DNA of 64,000 nucleotides from an uncultured delta proteobacterium (GTDB lineage: Bacteria; Desulfobacterota; Binatia; Binatales; Binataceae): contig CAVTIS010000012.1 in the NCBI GenBank assembly GCA_963734845.1, positions 67,641 to 131,640 on the forward strand. The letters run 5' to 3'. The position numbers and the translations under genes were made by a program. Positions 41,501 to 50,363 of this stretch are shown one piece after another; positions within the stretch are counted from its first letter, which is position 1; each line of letters begins with the position of its first letter. Under the pieces are notes generated by a model. It was given only the letters and a program-made list of their open reading frames with translations. It was not told where the DNA came from and made no database searches.

Positions 41501-42230
41501 CTTTGGCGGTGCCACCGAGATTGCGGACGGCGAGCAATTTGCCGACCAGTTCAACCAGTTGCACGCGGAGCGCGGGAATCGCTGCTCCATACGCGCGCAG
41601 CTTCGCCGCCGTCACCTCAGCGGTTTCGCGAATCCAGTCTCGCGAGCGGCCCAGACGGGCGGCCTCGCCGATCGCCTGCAGCACGACGCCGATCGCGCCG
41701 TTTCGATGAGTGAAACCGTAGAGGCCGCGCGCGCCCGCCAGGCGCATCGCTCCGGGATGCTGCGTGCGCACCGCGTCGGCGATCGACTCGCGGCAGGCGC
41801 TCTCGAGAAACGTGATGCTCTGGTACTCGTCGAGCACCTCGAAGCCCGGATCGACGCCGGCTTCGATCGGATACTCGCGCAGCATTCGCGCGCAAAACGC
41901 ATGGATGGTCGAGATGCGCGCGAGGCCGAGCGTGCGCCGCGCGCGAATCAGCGCCGCGCGACGCGCCGCGTCGCCCTCGCGCGCAATCCGATCGTCGAGA
42001 ACTTCGGCGATACGTCGGCGCATGTCGGCGGTCGCTTTTTCGGTGAACGTGATCGCGGCGATCCGATCGGGCGCGAGCGGCTCGCGCTTCGCGATATCGC
42101 CGGCGAGCAGTGCGACGAAGCGCTGTGCCAGGACCTCGGTCTTGCCCGAGCCTGCGCCGGCGCGCACTAGCACGTTACCCGCCGCGTAAACCGCGTCGCG
42201 CTGTTCGCTCGTGAGTTCGACCCGTGCCAA
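38595..42230 (-). CDS. addA: AddA-type UvrD helicase/nuclease
   Basis: AGAGSGKT, VDEYQD, VGDEKQSIYRFRGA, MTIHQAKGLEF, YVAMTRARD, GRIDL..DYK. Confidence 0.92.
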   Translation of the reverse strand: MARVELTSEQRDAVYAAGNVLVRAGAGSGKTEVLAQRFVALLAGDIAKREPLAPDRIAAITFTEKATADMRRRIAEVLDDRIAREGDAARRAALIRARRTLGLARISTIHAFCARMLREYPIEAGVDPGFEVLDEYQSITFLESACRESIADAVRTQHPGAMRLAGARGLYGFTHRNGAIGVVLQAIGEAARLGRSRDWIRETAEVTAAKLRAYGAAIPALRVQLVELVGKLLAVRNLGGTAKEKLDELRGEWPILQPAVEAFSADSEPAEWTVFDDLKECLPAAQSDKVKDLVYAIRGNKTQKQPGIIAQLLDAYGAYRAAPATLEISALAADVAAELERRKRDERVVTFDDLLILTRRLLQDHPEVAERYRRALGALLVDEYQDTDPIQDGVVRLLTEYAAPAPELFVVGDEKQSIYRFRGADVTVFNREREPLAMLPRPLCENRRSLPAIVEFVNAVSAHSMKPGDDSDDKPYKVKWSEEHRLAAIRPADDAPAVELIVSPKGQDADGTKLSTRDLRRIEADAIARRCARMIGDSVLVTDEHSGERRGVEFGDIALLLRSFTDVAIYEDAFARAAVPFYTVKGRGFYGCKEVNDLAALLGAIDDPQNPLELAAALRSPLFGLSDQCLLEMALHQHEAERGTEPSNEPTGPRKWWELFCDAGEEFAWLRDGRKAALVAKDALLSLRRMRERASLTAIVEHALELTHFEAVLLGLPNGLQRAANVRKLTETAREFETHRFFGLGDFVRHLRRLVEEQPREPQAQIAGEADNVVRLMTIHQAKGLEFPVAIVGDLGRRPPPNNENIVTTPGDGLLVCDTVGAGDDPLPNSLINEYRAAVKDQEKAEAARVLYVAMTRARDRLILSEGAPGADWIKHVRAAVGPEKVDAFLGAADTETIVDAGEVKIVLRRADALAREAGAPLAHPAPPPLADLAQAARARLGFVAPPVRELVTSPSALEDFERCPRQYFLRRELELPESGAGAAFTFDGGGATALGSVAHAVLEQLSPATPAPALEAEIARLAGIHGAGANLDLAARRALVRDLLRYASARDDPPGASAAASSITRRETPFFMSVEGDGLTLYIRGRIDLLIDDGKRLVVSDYKYSRAGAGDYQVQMECYALAAAEALPGREVSAEVVYLRDRVERRQLKLAPLDAIRAHLLALGRAIAAARAERGPAGYPKRPAEARECRALGCGYVARCWPRSGQHRAT
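38597..38641. repeat. Perfect inverted repeat, 21-bp arms, 3-nt loop
   Basis: ACGTGGCGCGATGCTGGCCGC-TTC-GCGGCCAGCATCGCGCCACGT. Confidence 0.95.
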
Positions 42231-42247
42231 TTGATCCAGCTCCGGCG

Positions 42248-45200
42248 CTAGGTTCCGGACTCAGCCGTTTTGTAATAGCGGCAGACCGAGCGATATGGGC
42301 ACCAGTCGTCGCACTGGCGCGGATCGACGTCGAAGCGGCCTGCGAGCGCGTCGTCGACCAGCGCGATCATCCGCTCCGCCACCGGACGTTCGCCCGATTT
42401 TGTCGCGGCCGCGCGCCGTTTCGGATCGGGGTCGATTAAATTGCGCGCGACCTCAGCGATCTGGGCTTTGTCGCGATTTCGCAGCACCAGGTAGCCGGCC
42501 TGAAGCGTTACGTTCGCAGCCAACCGTTCATCGAACTCGCAAAGCGCGCCCATCAGGTAGACCGGCAACTGGAAGTCGGTCCATCCGAACTGTGCGCCCC
42601 CGGCCTCCGCCAACTTGCCATAGCGCTTGGCGCTGCGCGAATTCTTGTAGTCGATCACGCGGATGGTTTTGACCGCGCCCTTGCCCGGATGCAATTCCAG
42701 GCGATCGATTCGGCCCTCCAGCCATAGGCGCACCCGTTTTGGGTCGTTGAGATCGGCGAGCGCGAAGCGGAGTTGATGCTCGGTCAGGATTTCGGCATCG
42801 GGATTCGCCTCGCGGTCGGCGATTTCGATCTCGATGAACTCCTGGACGGTGCGCTCGATCGAGCGCCATCGCAGATCGAAAAAACCCTGGTCGCGTGCGA
42901 GCGCCCGGCGCTCGTCGCGCAGCGCATCGAGGACCTCACCCGCGTTCGCTCGCGCGCTGGACGGGTCACTGAAATCAATATGATCGAGCAGCCGTTTGAG
43001 CACCTCGTGGATCAATTCGCCGCCTTCGAGCGCGCTCAGCTCGTAGTCCTGCTCCTCGTCTTCGCTGAGCGCCAAAACGCGATGCGCGAAGAACTTGAAA
43101 CCGCAGGCCGCGAGCTCGCCCAGCTTCGTGGCGCTCCACGCCCTTGGAGCTTTCGGGTCGCCGCACAGCATCCGCGTCAGACGGGCATCGGGCGCCACCC
43201 GTCCGTCCCATCGCTCCGCTCGCGCGAATTTGTCGGGGTCTGGCCCATAGCGCATCCCCACGTCATCGGGGTCGGGAGATTCCTCGCGCGTCGGCAGCTT
43301 CAGATATTGTTCCCGGTCCCGTTCGATCTGAGAGCGATCGCCAATCGAGTCGAGCGTCGCGCGGCTCTCGATCGTCTCGGCCTCCGCGGATTTCAGGATC
43401 CCATCGGCGGCGGCCCGCGCGAGAAATTCGTCGCGTGACAGACACCCGGCGATGGTGGGGATGACGCTCGAGGCGGGGATACGCCTTACCTCGCCACCCA
43501 ATGCCGGATTGCCGAGCAGGCGCAGGACCTCGTCAACGAATGGCGAGCGGACCATCGGATTGCCGCCTGCCTCGGCCGCCGCGTAGCACAGCACCACGCG
43601 CCGCGACGGCATCGAGAGGGCGAGAAAGAACAACAGAAAATCCTCGCCGTTGCGTTCGTAGCGCGTGCGCAGGATTGCGCCGGCGCGGCTCGGCGCAGCG
43701 GCGCCGAAGCGCCGCCTGAGCGCTTCACCCAGCGGCCGATTGAGTGCGAGCTTTACTTCGTCGGGGAGCAGCGGGTCATCGGGATGGTAGCCAGGGAAGA
43801 TGCCGTCGTTGAGCCCGATTACGAAGACCAGGTCGAAGTCGAGCCCGCGCGCATCGAGCACCGTGAGCGCAACCACTCCTCCCGCAGTTTCACTATCGGC
43901 CGGAGCCGCGGCGCAATCCAATGCGGTCTCGGCCATCGAGGCGAACTCAGCCGCGTCGACGACGCGTTCGCTTCCGGCGAGCGCGGCCCATCGCGAGAGT
44001 CCTTCGAGCGCCGCGCGCACGGGACCCCATGCCCGCGCGGCATCATCGACCACCGCGTCGATTCCATCACTTACACCCGCGGGATCGAAGCCGAGCAAGC
44101 CCAGCGCGTGTTCGAGGCGCTCCAGATGCTCGGCGAGCGTACCGGATTGAGCGAGCGGTTCGAGCGCCGCCATCATACGTTCGAAGCGCGCGCCCGCGCG
44201 CTCGATAGCGATGAGGCGCCGCTCCGTCGGGCGGCGCTCGGCGCTCTGCGCGCCGGTTTTCTCGATCGCGCGGCGCAGCTCTTCGACGTGACGCTCGAGG
44301 CGATCCATCAGCGGCTGCGCGCTGCCGTCAACGTAGCCGATCTGGTCGAGCGTACGCGCCAAGTCAGCATCGATTGCGGTCAGATGCGGCGAGCGGCACA
44401 ACGCAACGATCGCCTCGCGCGGAAACCGTTCGCGCGGCGCGCGCAGAATCTCCACGATCAGCCGTGCGGGCGCGCTCGCGCGCAATGCCGGCGGATGGCC
44501 GATCGCGAGTGGGATGCCGTAGCGATGAAACACGGCGCGCAGATGCTCGGAGTAGGGCGCGAGATCGCGCGCGACGACTGCTATCCGATCTGGCGCGATC
44601 GGCTCCGGCGATTCCATCGCGTGCCGGATCGCGCGGCCGACCTCCTCGATCTCGCCGAGCGGCGTCGGCGCTTCGACTACCTGGAGCGTCTCGTCGGCGG
44701 GCGGTGGCGCGCCGGCGGTCTCCATGAACAGGTGCTCGAGGACAAAGCCGAGCCGTCCGGAGCGCCCGCCGCGGCGCACGAAGTCAGGCAACACTTTGTC
44801 CGCGATCGATTCTTCGGCGACGAAACGGTTCCAGGTCAGCTCGGCGAAGCGTCCCGCGTTGGCCGAATGATCGGCGGCCTGGATGGTGAGCGTGGCGTCG
44901 CCGACAGTCCGGATCAACGCGGTGACGATCATGAACTGGAGCAGGCTGAAATCGTAGATCTCGGCGACCTGCAGATGCCGCACGCCGTCGAGCAGCGCCG
45001 GCCGCGCGCCGCTTTTCTCCAGCGCGAGCAGATGCTCGAGCACCACGCGCTCGCGGTCGTGACGATCGGAAAGCCCGCGCCTGGCGAGCAGGCGCTCGTA
45101 GCGTTCAAACGCATCGGAGAGGCCGGCGATGCGATCGCGGACGCCGCCGGCGTTGTCTCCCGGCGCGAGCGCGCGCGACGCTGCGCGCAGGTCGGAGGGC

Positions 45201-45475
45201 GTCAGCGCCGCGCTCTTGAACTGGCGGATGAGTCCGAGGACGTGATTGGCGCTGCCGAGCGTCGCGCGCGTGCCGCTCATCGCCTCATCGGCGGCGAGCC
45301 GCTCCTGCAACTCGTCGAGCAGCATGCCGCGCGGGCCGAATTCGCGCCATAGTCGATCGACCAGCTGCGGAAAAGTCATGATCGGATAGTCGAGCAATGA
45401 GCGGCCGCGGCTATGCCGCATCAGCCAGTCTTCGACTTTGCGCGCAGTGGGGTAGAGCGCGATTACGTCGTTCAC
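42248..45475 (-). CDS. addB: AddB-like PD-(D/E)XK nuclease with Fe-S cysteines
   Basis: CGFKFF; GRIDRLE..IDYK; QLPVY; CDDWCPYRSVC; adjacent to addA. Confidence 0.88.
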   Translation of the reverse strand: MNDVIALYPTARKVEDWLMRHSRGRSLLDYPIMTFPQLVDRLWREFGPRGMLLDELQERLAADEAMSGTRATLGSANHVLGLIRQFKSAALTPSDLRAASRALAPGDNAGGVRDRIAGLSDAFERYERLLARRGLSDRHDRERVVLEHLLALEKSGARPALLDGVRHLQVAEIYDFSLLQFMIVTALIRTVGDATLTIQAADHSANAGRFAELTWNRFVAEESIADKVLPDFVRRGGRSGRLGFVLEHLFMETAGAPPPADETLQVVEAPTPLGEIEEVGRAIRHAMESPEPIAPDRIAVVARDLAPYSEHLRAVFHRYGIPLAIGHPPALRASAPARLIVEILRAPRERFPREAIVALCRSPHLTAIDADLARTLDQIGYVDGSAQPLMDRLERHVEELRRAIEKTGAQSAERRPTERRLIAIERAGARFERMMAALEPLAQSGTLAEHLERLEHALGLLGFDPAGVSDGIDAVVDDAARAWGPVRAALEGLSRWAALAGSERVVDAAEFASMAETALDCAAAPADSETAGGVVALTVLDARGLDFDLVFVIGLNDGIFPGYHPDDPLLPDEVKLALNRPLGEALRRRFGAAAPSRAGAILRTRYERNGEDFLLFFLALSMPSRRVVLCYAAAEAGGNPMVRSPFVDEVLRLLGNPALGGEVRRIPASSVIPTIAGCLSRDEFLARAAADGILKSAEAETIESRATLDSIGDRSQIERDREQYLKLPTREESPDPDDVGMRYGPDPDKFARAERWDGRVAPDARLTRMLCGDPKAPRAWSATKLGELAACGFKFFAHRVLALSEDEEQDYELSALEGGELIHEVLKRLLDHIDFSDPSSARANAGEVLDALRDERRALARDQGFFDLRWRSIERTVQEFIEIEIADREANPDAEILTEHQLRFALADLNDPKRVRLWLEGRIDRLELHPGKGAVKTIRVIDYKNSRSAKRYGKLAEAGGAQFGWTDFQLPVYLMGALCEFDERLAANVTLQAGYLVLRNRDKAQIAEVARNLIDPDPKRRAAATKSGERPVAERMIALVDDALAGRFDVDPRQCDDWCPYRSVCRYYKTAESGT

Positions 45476-45642
45476 AAGGGCACGTCGTCGAAATGGATTA
45501 CGCCGTCAACGAGGCGAAGGCGGAGCATGCTCAAAATATACTCCGCCGGGCGCCGCACGTATCCGCGCGGGCGCTTAATGGAGAGCAGTTTTTGAACAGG
45601 GCGTGCACGCTGGATTTGGGCCAAAAGGTCAGAGTTAAAAAT

Positions 45643-46142
45643 CCCTCCCCCGGTTGTCTCGGGGGAGGGTTAGGGTGGGGGTCAAGCTGTACCGAATGTC
45701 TGTTGAGAACCCCCTTCTTTAATTTTGAAAAGCCGGAACGAGGAAGCGCCTCGAAAAAACAGGCATCCGGCGCTTCCTCGCTCGACCCCAACCTCGTCCT
45801 CCCCCAAGACAAGTGGGGGAGGAGGTAAGAGTCAGAAGCGCTCGACATTCTTCCGGATCCTTTTCTGCCGAGGCACCGGCGCTGTTTGCCAAGATAAAGG
45901 TTGGGGTCCTTCGACTCCGCTCACAGACTCGTTTCTCTCAGGATGACAGAAGAGGCAGACCGCTTCGGCGAGCTTCCTTTTTCAATCAGCCCCTCTTCAG
46001 TCATCCCGAGCGAAGCCTGCCGAGGTCCAGTGATTTCGCGCGGTCCTCCGCGCGTCAATCCGCAGCGCTACGCTGTCCTCAACCGAAGTAACACTTCGTT
46101 GGAAGCCTTTCTTTTTTGTCATCCTGAGCGAAGCGAAGGATC
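45643..46142. repeat. Cluster of three REP-like palindrome families
   Basis: Inverted CCTCCCCC.AGACA hairpin pair (45643-45683, 45784-45825); CGAGGAAGCGCC stem (45739-45780); GTCATCC(C/T)GAGCGAAGC units (46000-46016, 46118-46134) and an inverse copy (45906-45948). Confidence 0.75.
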
Positions 46143-46182
46143 AACGCGAAGCGGTTCTTCCTGGGCCGGGGGCGCGGCGGGG

Positions 46183-47013
46183 CTACGGCCTGACGGCAAG
46201 GCGCTCGAGGCTCACCGGCTCGCCCGGAACGCATTCGATGAGCGCGACCCATCCGGCGTGGTCGCTCGCGTAGAGCGGCGCCGGCGTGCCGCAGTAGGCC
46301 GCGCGCGTCGCGCCCTGCGAGACGTCGCCGAAGACGTGGATATGGCCGAGCGCGACGTAGTCGTAGGCGCTCGCTTCGATCTCCGCGGGCGTAATCGGCG
46401 AGGAGCGGAATCCGTCCGATTCCTCGGTGAAGAAACCATGCGCCATCGCGATATTCCATCGCCCCGGCGCGGGTGCGGGCACCCCGCCGAGCGGACGATA
46501 CTCCGGCGTATGCTCGACCAGGGCGCGGCCCCAGATGCGCGTCTCGAGTTCGGGAAAATCAATCAGCGTGCCCTCGGGCTCCAGGATCAGATGAAGATTA
46601 TGCGGCAGCAGCTCGCGGCCGAGGTTGGCGTAGAGCGAGCGTTCGTCGTGCGCGTCATGATTGCCGGGGATCATCACGACAGGCATTGCGGCCCGCGCAA
46701 TTTCGGCGAGCGCGAAGCCGATTGCCCCCTCGCTAATCCGGCTTGAGTCGAACAGATCGCCGACGATCAGCAGCATGTCCACGTGGCGCTCATTGGCGAT
46801 CTCGATAACGCCGCTGAACGAGCGCCGCACTCGCTCGCGCAAGGCGTCGCCGGTCGGACCGCTGCCGAAACTGTCGGTTTCGAGATGCACGTCCGAAGTG
46901 TGAACGATGCTGAGCGGTCGCCGGGGTCTAGGGGCCAAACCTCGTCTCCTGCCGGTAGGCGCCATTCGGGTCGCCTCGGCCAAAAGGGCCAACTTGAGGG
47001 CCCATCCATGCAA
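46183..47013 (-). CDS. SbcD/Mre11-like metallophosphoesterase
   Basis: HTSDVHL, VGDLFD, IPGNHD, AMAHG, YVALGHIH. Confidence 0.88.
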   Translation of the reverse strand: MHGWALKLALLAEATRMAPTGRRRGLAPRPRRPLSIVHTSDVHLETDSFGSGPTGDALRERVRRSFSGVIEIANERHVDMLLIVGDLFDSSRISEGAIGFALAEIARAAMPVVMIPGNHDAHDERSLYANLGRELLPHNLHLILEPEGTLIDFPELETRIWGRALVEHTPEYRPLGGVPAPAPGRWNIAMAHGFFTEESDGFRSSPITPAEIEASAYDYVALGHIHVFGDVSQGATRAAYCGTPAPLYASDHAGWVALIECVPGEPVSLERLAVRP

Positions 47014-47106
47014 TACTAGACTTCAGGGGGCGACTATTACAACGCGCGGAGCGTTTACAGGTGGCGCGCGAGAGTCGCGCCGCTAAATGGGGGGTTCGAT
47101 AACACT

Positions 47107-48126
47107 GTGATCGTCGTAATGAAGGCCACCGCCACAGAGGCGGAGATTCAGGCCGTGATCGGAATGGTCGAGAAGCTCGACTACAGCGCCCACGTCATCC
47201 GCGGGGTCGAGCGCACGGTCGTCGCATGCGTGGGCGAGGAGCGCGGTGAGCAGCATCAGCTCGGCCACCTCGAGGCCGTCGCCGGAGTCGACCGCGTGAT
47301 GCCCGTGCTGCGCAGCTTCAAGCTCGCCGCACGCGAGGTTCGCCCCGAAGGCTCGCGGGTCAACGTGCGCGGCGTCGAAATCGGCGGCCGGCGTATCGCC
47401 GTGATCGCGGGGCCCTGCGCGGTCGAGAGCGAAGCGCAGGTCGAGGCGGCGGCGGCGGCGGTCAAGGCGGCCGGCGCAACCCTGCTGCGCGGCGGCGCGT
47501 TCAAGCCGCGCACCTCCCCCTACTCGTTCCAGGGGATGGAAGATGCGGGGCTCGACCTGCTCGAAAACGCGGGGCGCCACGTGGGATTGCCGGTCGTGAC
47601 CGAAATAATGGACCCGCACGACATCGATCTGGTCGCCGAACACGCGGATATGCTGCAGGTCGGCGCGCGCAATGCACAGAATTTTTCGCTGCTGCGCCGC
47701 CTCGGCAAAGTCAAAAAGCCCGTTCTGCTCAAGCGCGGTATGTCGACGCGGCTCGAGGAATTCCTGATGGCGGCCGAATACATACTCTCCGCCGGCAATC
47801 CCAACGTGGTGCTGTGCGAGCGCGGCATCCGTACCTTCGAGACCGCCACCCGCAACACGCTCGATTTGACCGCCGTGCCGCTGCTCAAACAATGGACGCA
47901 TCTGCCGGTGGTGGTCGATCCCAGCCACGGCACCGGCATCTGGTCGCTGGTGATGCCGATGGCGTTGGCGGCGGTCGCGGCGGGCGCCGATGGACTTCTG
48001 ATCGAAGTGCATCCGACGCCCGAGACCGCGCTCAGCGACGGTCCGCAGCAGCTACGGCCCGAGCGCTTTGCCGAATTGATGACGGCGCTTAAGGCGGTGG
48101 CCGAAGCGGTCGGCCGCACGCTGTGA
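47107..48126 (+). CDS. aroF: DAHP synthase, class I-beta with N-terminal regulatory domain
   Basis: [40 protein letters not shown]. Confidence 0.95.
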   Translation: MIVVMKATATEAEIQAVIGMVEKLDYSAHVIRGVERTVVACVGEERGEQHQLGHLEAVAGVDRVMPVLRSFKLAAREVRPEGSRVNVRGVEIGGRRIAVIAGPCAVESEAQVEAAAAAVKAAGATLLRGGAFKPRTSPYSFQGMEDAGLDLLENAGRHVGLPVVTEIMDPHDIDLVAEHADMLQVGARNAQNFSLLRRLGKVKKPVLLKRGMSTRLEEFLMAAEYILSAGNPNVVLCERGIRTFETATRNTLDLTAVPLLKQWTHLPVVVDPSHGTGIWSLVMPMALAAVAAGADGLLIEVHPTPETALSDGPQQLRPERFAELMTALKAVAEAVGRTL

Positions 48127-48184
48127 GGCGCGAGTCTCGGAGCCCCAAAGCCGCTGCGCGATCGCAAGCGCCGCCGCACCGCGC

Positions 48185-49189
48185 ATGGTAACCTCGGCGC
48201 GTGAACGAGAGAGCGTGGAAAAATTGGCGTCGCCAACCAAGGTAAGCCATCCCACAGATCAGGTGGGCCATCCGAGAATAAAGCCGCGCGCGCTCAAGCC
48301 CGGCGATACGATCGGAGTCGTCTCGCCCGCGTCCGCAATCGATCGCGAACATCTTGAACGCGGCGTCGCATCGCTCAAGAGCCTCGGCTATCGCGTCAAG
48401 GTTTCCAGCCATGCGCTCGATCGGGCGGCAATCGTAGCGGGCCCCGACGCCACACGCGCCGGCGAGCTTCAGACGTTCTTCGCTGACCCGGAAGTCGACG
48501 CGATCTTCGCGGCCCGCGGCGGTTACGGAGCGGGACGAATCCTGCCGCTGCTCGATTTCGCCGCTATCGCGCGCACGCCGAAAATTTTCATGGGCTTTTC
48601 GGATGCGACTTTCCTCCTGAACGCGCTGGTGGGACGCGCCGGGATGGTATGCTTTCATGGGCCGATGGTCGCGATGGATTTTGCGCGCGGACTCGGTGAG
48701 GAGTCGCTAGATCATATGCGCCGCCTGCTCGCGGGCGAGAACGCGAGTTTCGAGTTGCCGGCGCGCGTGGCACTCAGGCCGGGCATTGCGGAGGGTGAAA
48801 TCGTCGGCGGATGTCTTTCGATGGTGGTCGCGGCGCTTGGTACGCCATACGCGCCGCCCTTCGACGGCGCGGTGCTTTTTTTAGAAGATACCGGTGAGAA
48901 AGCGTATAGAATCGATCGGATGCTGGTGCAGCTGGAGCAGGCGGAGGTGTTGCGGCGCGTTGCGGCGGTGGTGTTCGGCGCGCTGCGCCCGCCCGACGGC
49001 AACGAGGCAGAGCGTCAGTTGATCGGCGAATGCATCGCCGAGCAAGCGGCGCGCCTCGATTGCCCGGTGATCTCCGGGATCGAAGCAGGCCACGGAAGCG
49101 CAAACTTTACGATTCCTTTCGGCGTGCGCGCGCGGGTAGACGCGGGGGCGCGGCGGCTCAGCTTTTTGGAGCCGTCGGTGGCGGTGTAA
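48185..49189 (+). CDS. S66 LD-carboxypeptidase; start uncertain
   Basis: [28 protein letters not shown]. Confidence 0.9.
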   Translation: MVTSARERESVEKLASPTKVSHPTDQVGHPRIKPRALKPGDTIGVVSPASAIDREHLERGVASLKSLGYRVKVSSHALDRAAIVAGPDATRAGELQTFFADPEVDAIFAARGGYGAGRILPLLDFAAIARTPKIFMGFSDATFLLNALVGRAGMVCFHGPMVAMDFARGLGEESLDHMRRLLAGENASFELPARVALRPGIAEGEIVGGCLSMVVAALGTPYAPPFDGAVLFLEDTGEKAYRIDRMLVQLEQAEVLRRVAAVVFGALRPPDGNEAERQLIGECIAEQAARLDCPVISGIEAGHGSANFTIPFGVRARVDAGARRLSFLEPSVAV

Positions 49190-49205
49190 GCAGGAGCGAT
49201 TCAAA

Positions 49206-50339
49206 TTGGGATGGCATGAAGTCGAGCAGGCGTTTGCCGAAGCCGTCGAGCGCGGAGTGATTCCCGGCGCTACGGTGATCGTGCGCCGGGAGGCCGATGT
49301 CGTTTTCGAGGGTGCATTTGGCCATCGCTCGCTGATACCCGAGCGCTCGCCGATGAAGATGGAGACGGTTTTCGATCTTTCTTCGTTGACCAAGCCGCTC
49401 GCCACCACGGTGGCCGTCATGATGCTTGTACGCGAGAACAAACTCCGCCTCGGCGATCGCGTCACGCGCTTTTTTCACAACTTCGGCGTCCACGACAAGG
49501 GCCACGTGACCTTCCGCCACTTGCTCGCGCACTGTTCCGGGCTCGCCGCGTGGCGCCCATTCTTTCAACAGGTGGTGCAGGTCGAAAAGAGCGGCAAGGT
49601 CAACTTCATGGCTAGCCACGGAGCCAAGGAATGGGTCTACGAAGAAATCCATCGTGAGAAGCTCGAAGCGCCTTCGGCGACCAAGGTCATTTATTCCGAC
49701 CTCAACTTCATGCTGCTGGGCGAGGCGGTCGAGCGTATCGCCGGGATGCCGCTCAATCGCTTTTGCCGCGAGCGCATCCTTCGCCCGCTCGGCATTCGTG
49801 CGACCGACTTCATCGATATTTCGCTGGTGCGATCGCGTCGGCTCGAGCCGGTGGCCGAGATGTTCGCGCCAACCTCGTTCTGCACCTTCCGCAAGCGGTT
49901 GCTGGTCGGCGAAGTGGACGACGAAAACGCCTATGCGATGGGCGGCGTGGCGGGACATGCGGGACTGTTTGCGCCGGTGCGCGACGTCGACCGTATCGCG
50001 CGGGAGTTACTCGCCTGCTACGCAGGGCGTTCTGAGTGGCTGCCGCAGAATGTGGTGCGGGAGTTCTGGACCCGCGACACTACGGTCAACGGATCGACCT
50101 GGGCGCTCGGATGGGACACGCCCTCGGTGCAGTATTCGAGTTCGGGGCGGCATTTCTCTCCCGTCGCCGTGGGCCATCTCGGTTTTACCGGCACTTCGAT
50201 CTGGATTGAGCCCGAACGTGCAATCTCGATCTCGCTGCTGACCAACCGGGTGCATCCGCGGCGCGACAACCAGGCCATCCGCGACTTCCGCCCGCGGATC
50301 CATGATCTCATCATGGAAGCGATCGACGCGGGAAAGTAA
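49206..50339 (+). CDS. Beta-lactamase-family serine hydrolase
   Basis: FDLSSLTK (SxxK), YSDLNF, GHAGLF, GHLGFTGTS, LLTNRVHP. Confidence 0.9.
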   Translation: MGWHEVEQAFAEAVERGVIPGATVIVRREADVVFEGAFGHRSLIPERSPMKMETVFDLSSLTKPLATTVAVMMLVRENKLRLGDRVTRFFHNFGVHDKGHVTFRHLLAHCSGLAAWRPFFQQVVQVEKSGKVNFMASHGAKEWVYEEIHREKLEAPSATKVIYSDLNFMLLGEAVERIAGMPLNRFCRERILRPLGIRATDFIDISLVRSRRLEPVAEMFAPTSFCTFRKRLLVGEVDDENAYAMGGVAGHAGLFAPVRDVDRIARELLACYAGRSEWLPQNVVREFWTRDTTVNGSTWALGWDTPSVQYSSSGRHFSPVAVGHLGFTGTSIWIEPERAISISLLTNRVHPRRDNQAIRDFRPRIHDLIMEAIDAGK

Positions 50340-50363
50340 CCGTGCGTTTGTGCTGATGCGATC

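Noticed and set aside
43784-45352. 522-aa plus-strand ORF
   Set aside because: Shadow of addB.
45600-46170. Possible CRISPR array or IS element
   Set aside because: Repeats differ in sequence and orientation, spacing is irregular, and there is no cas or transposase ORF.
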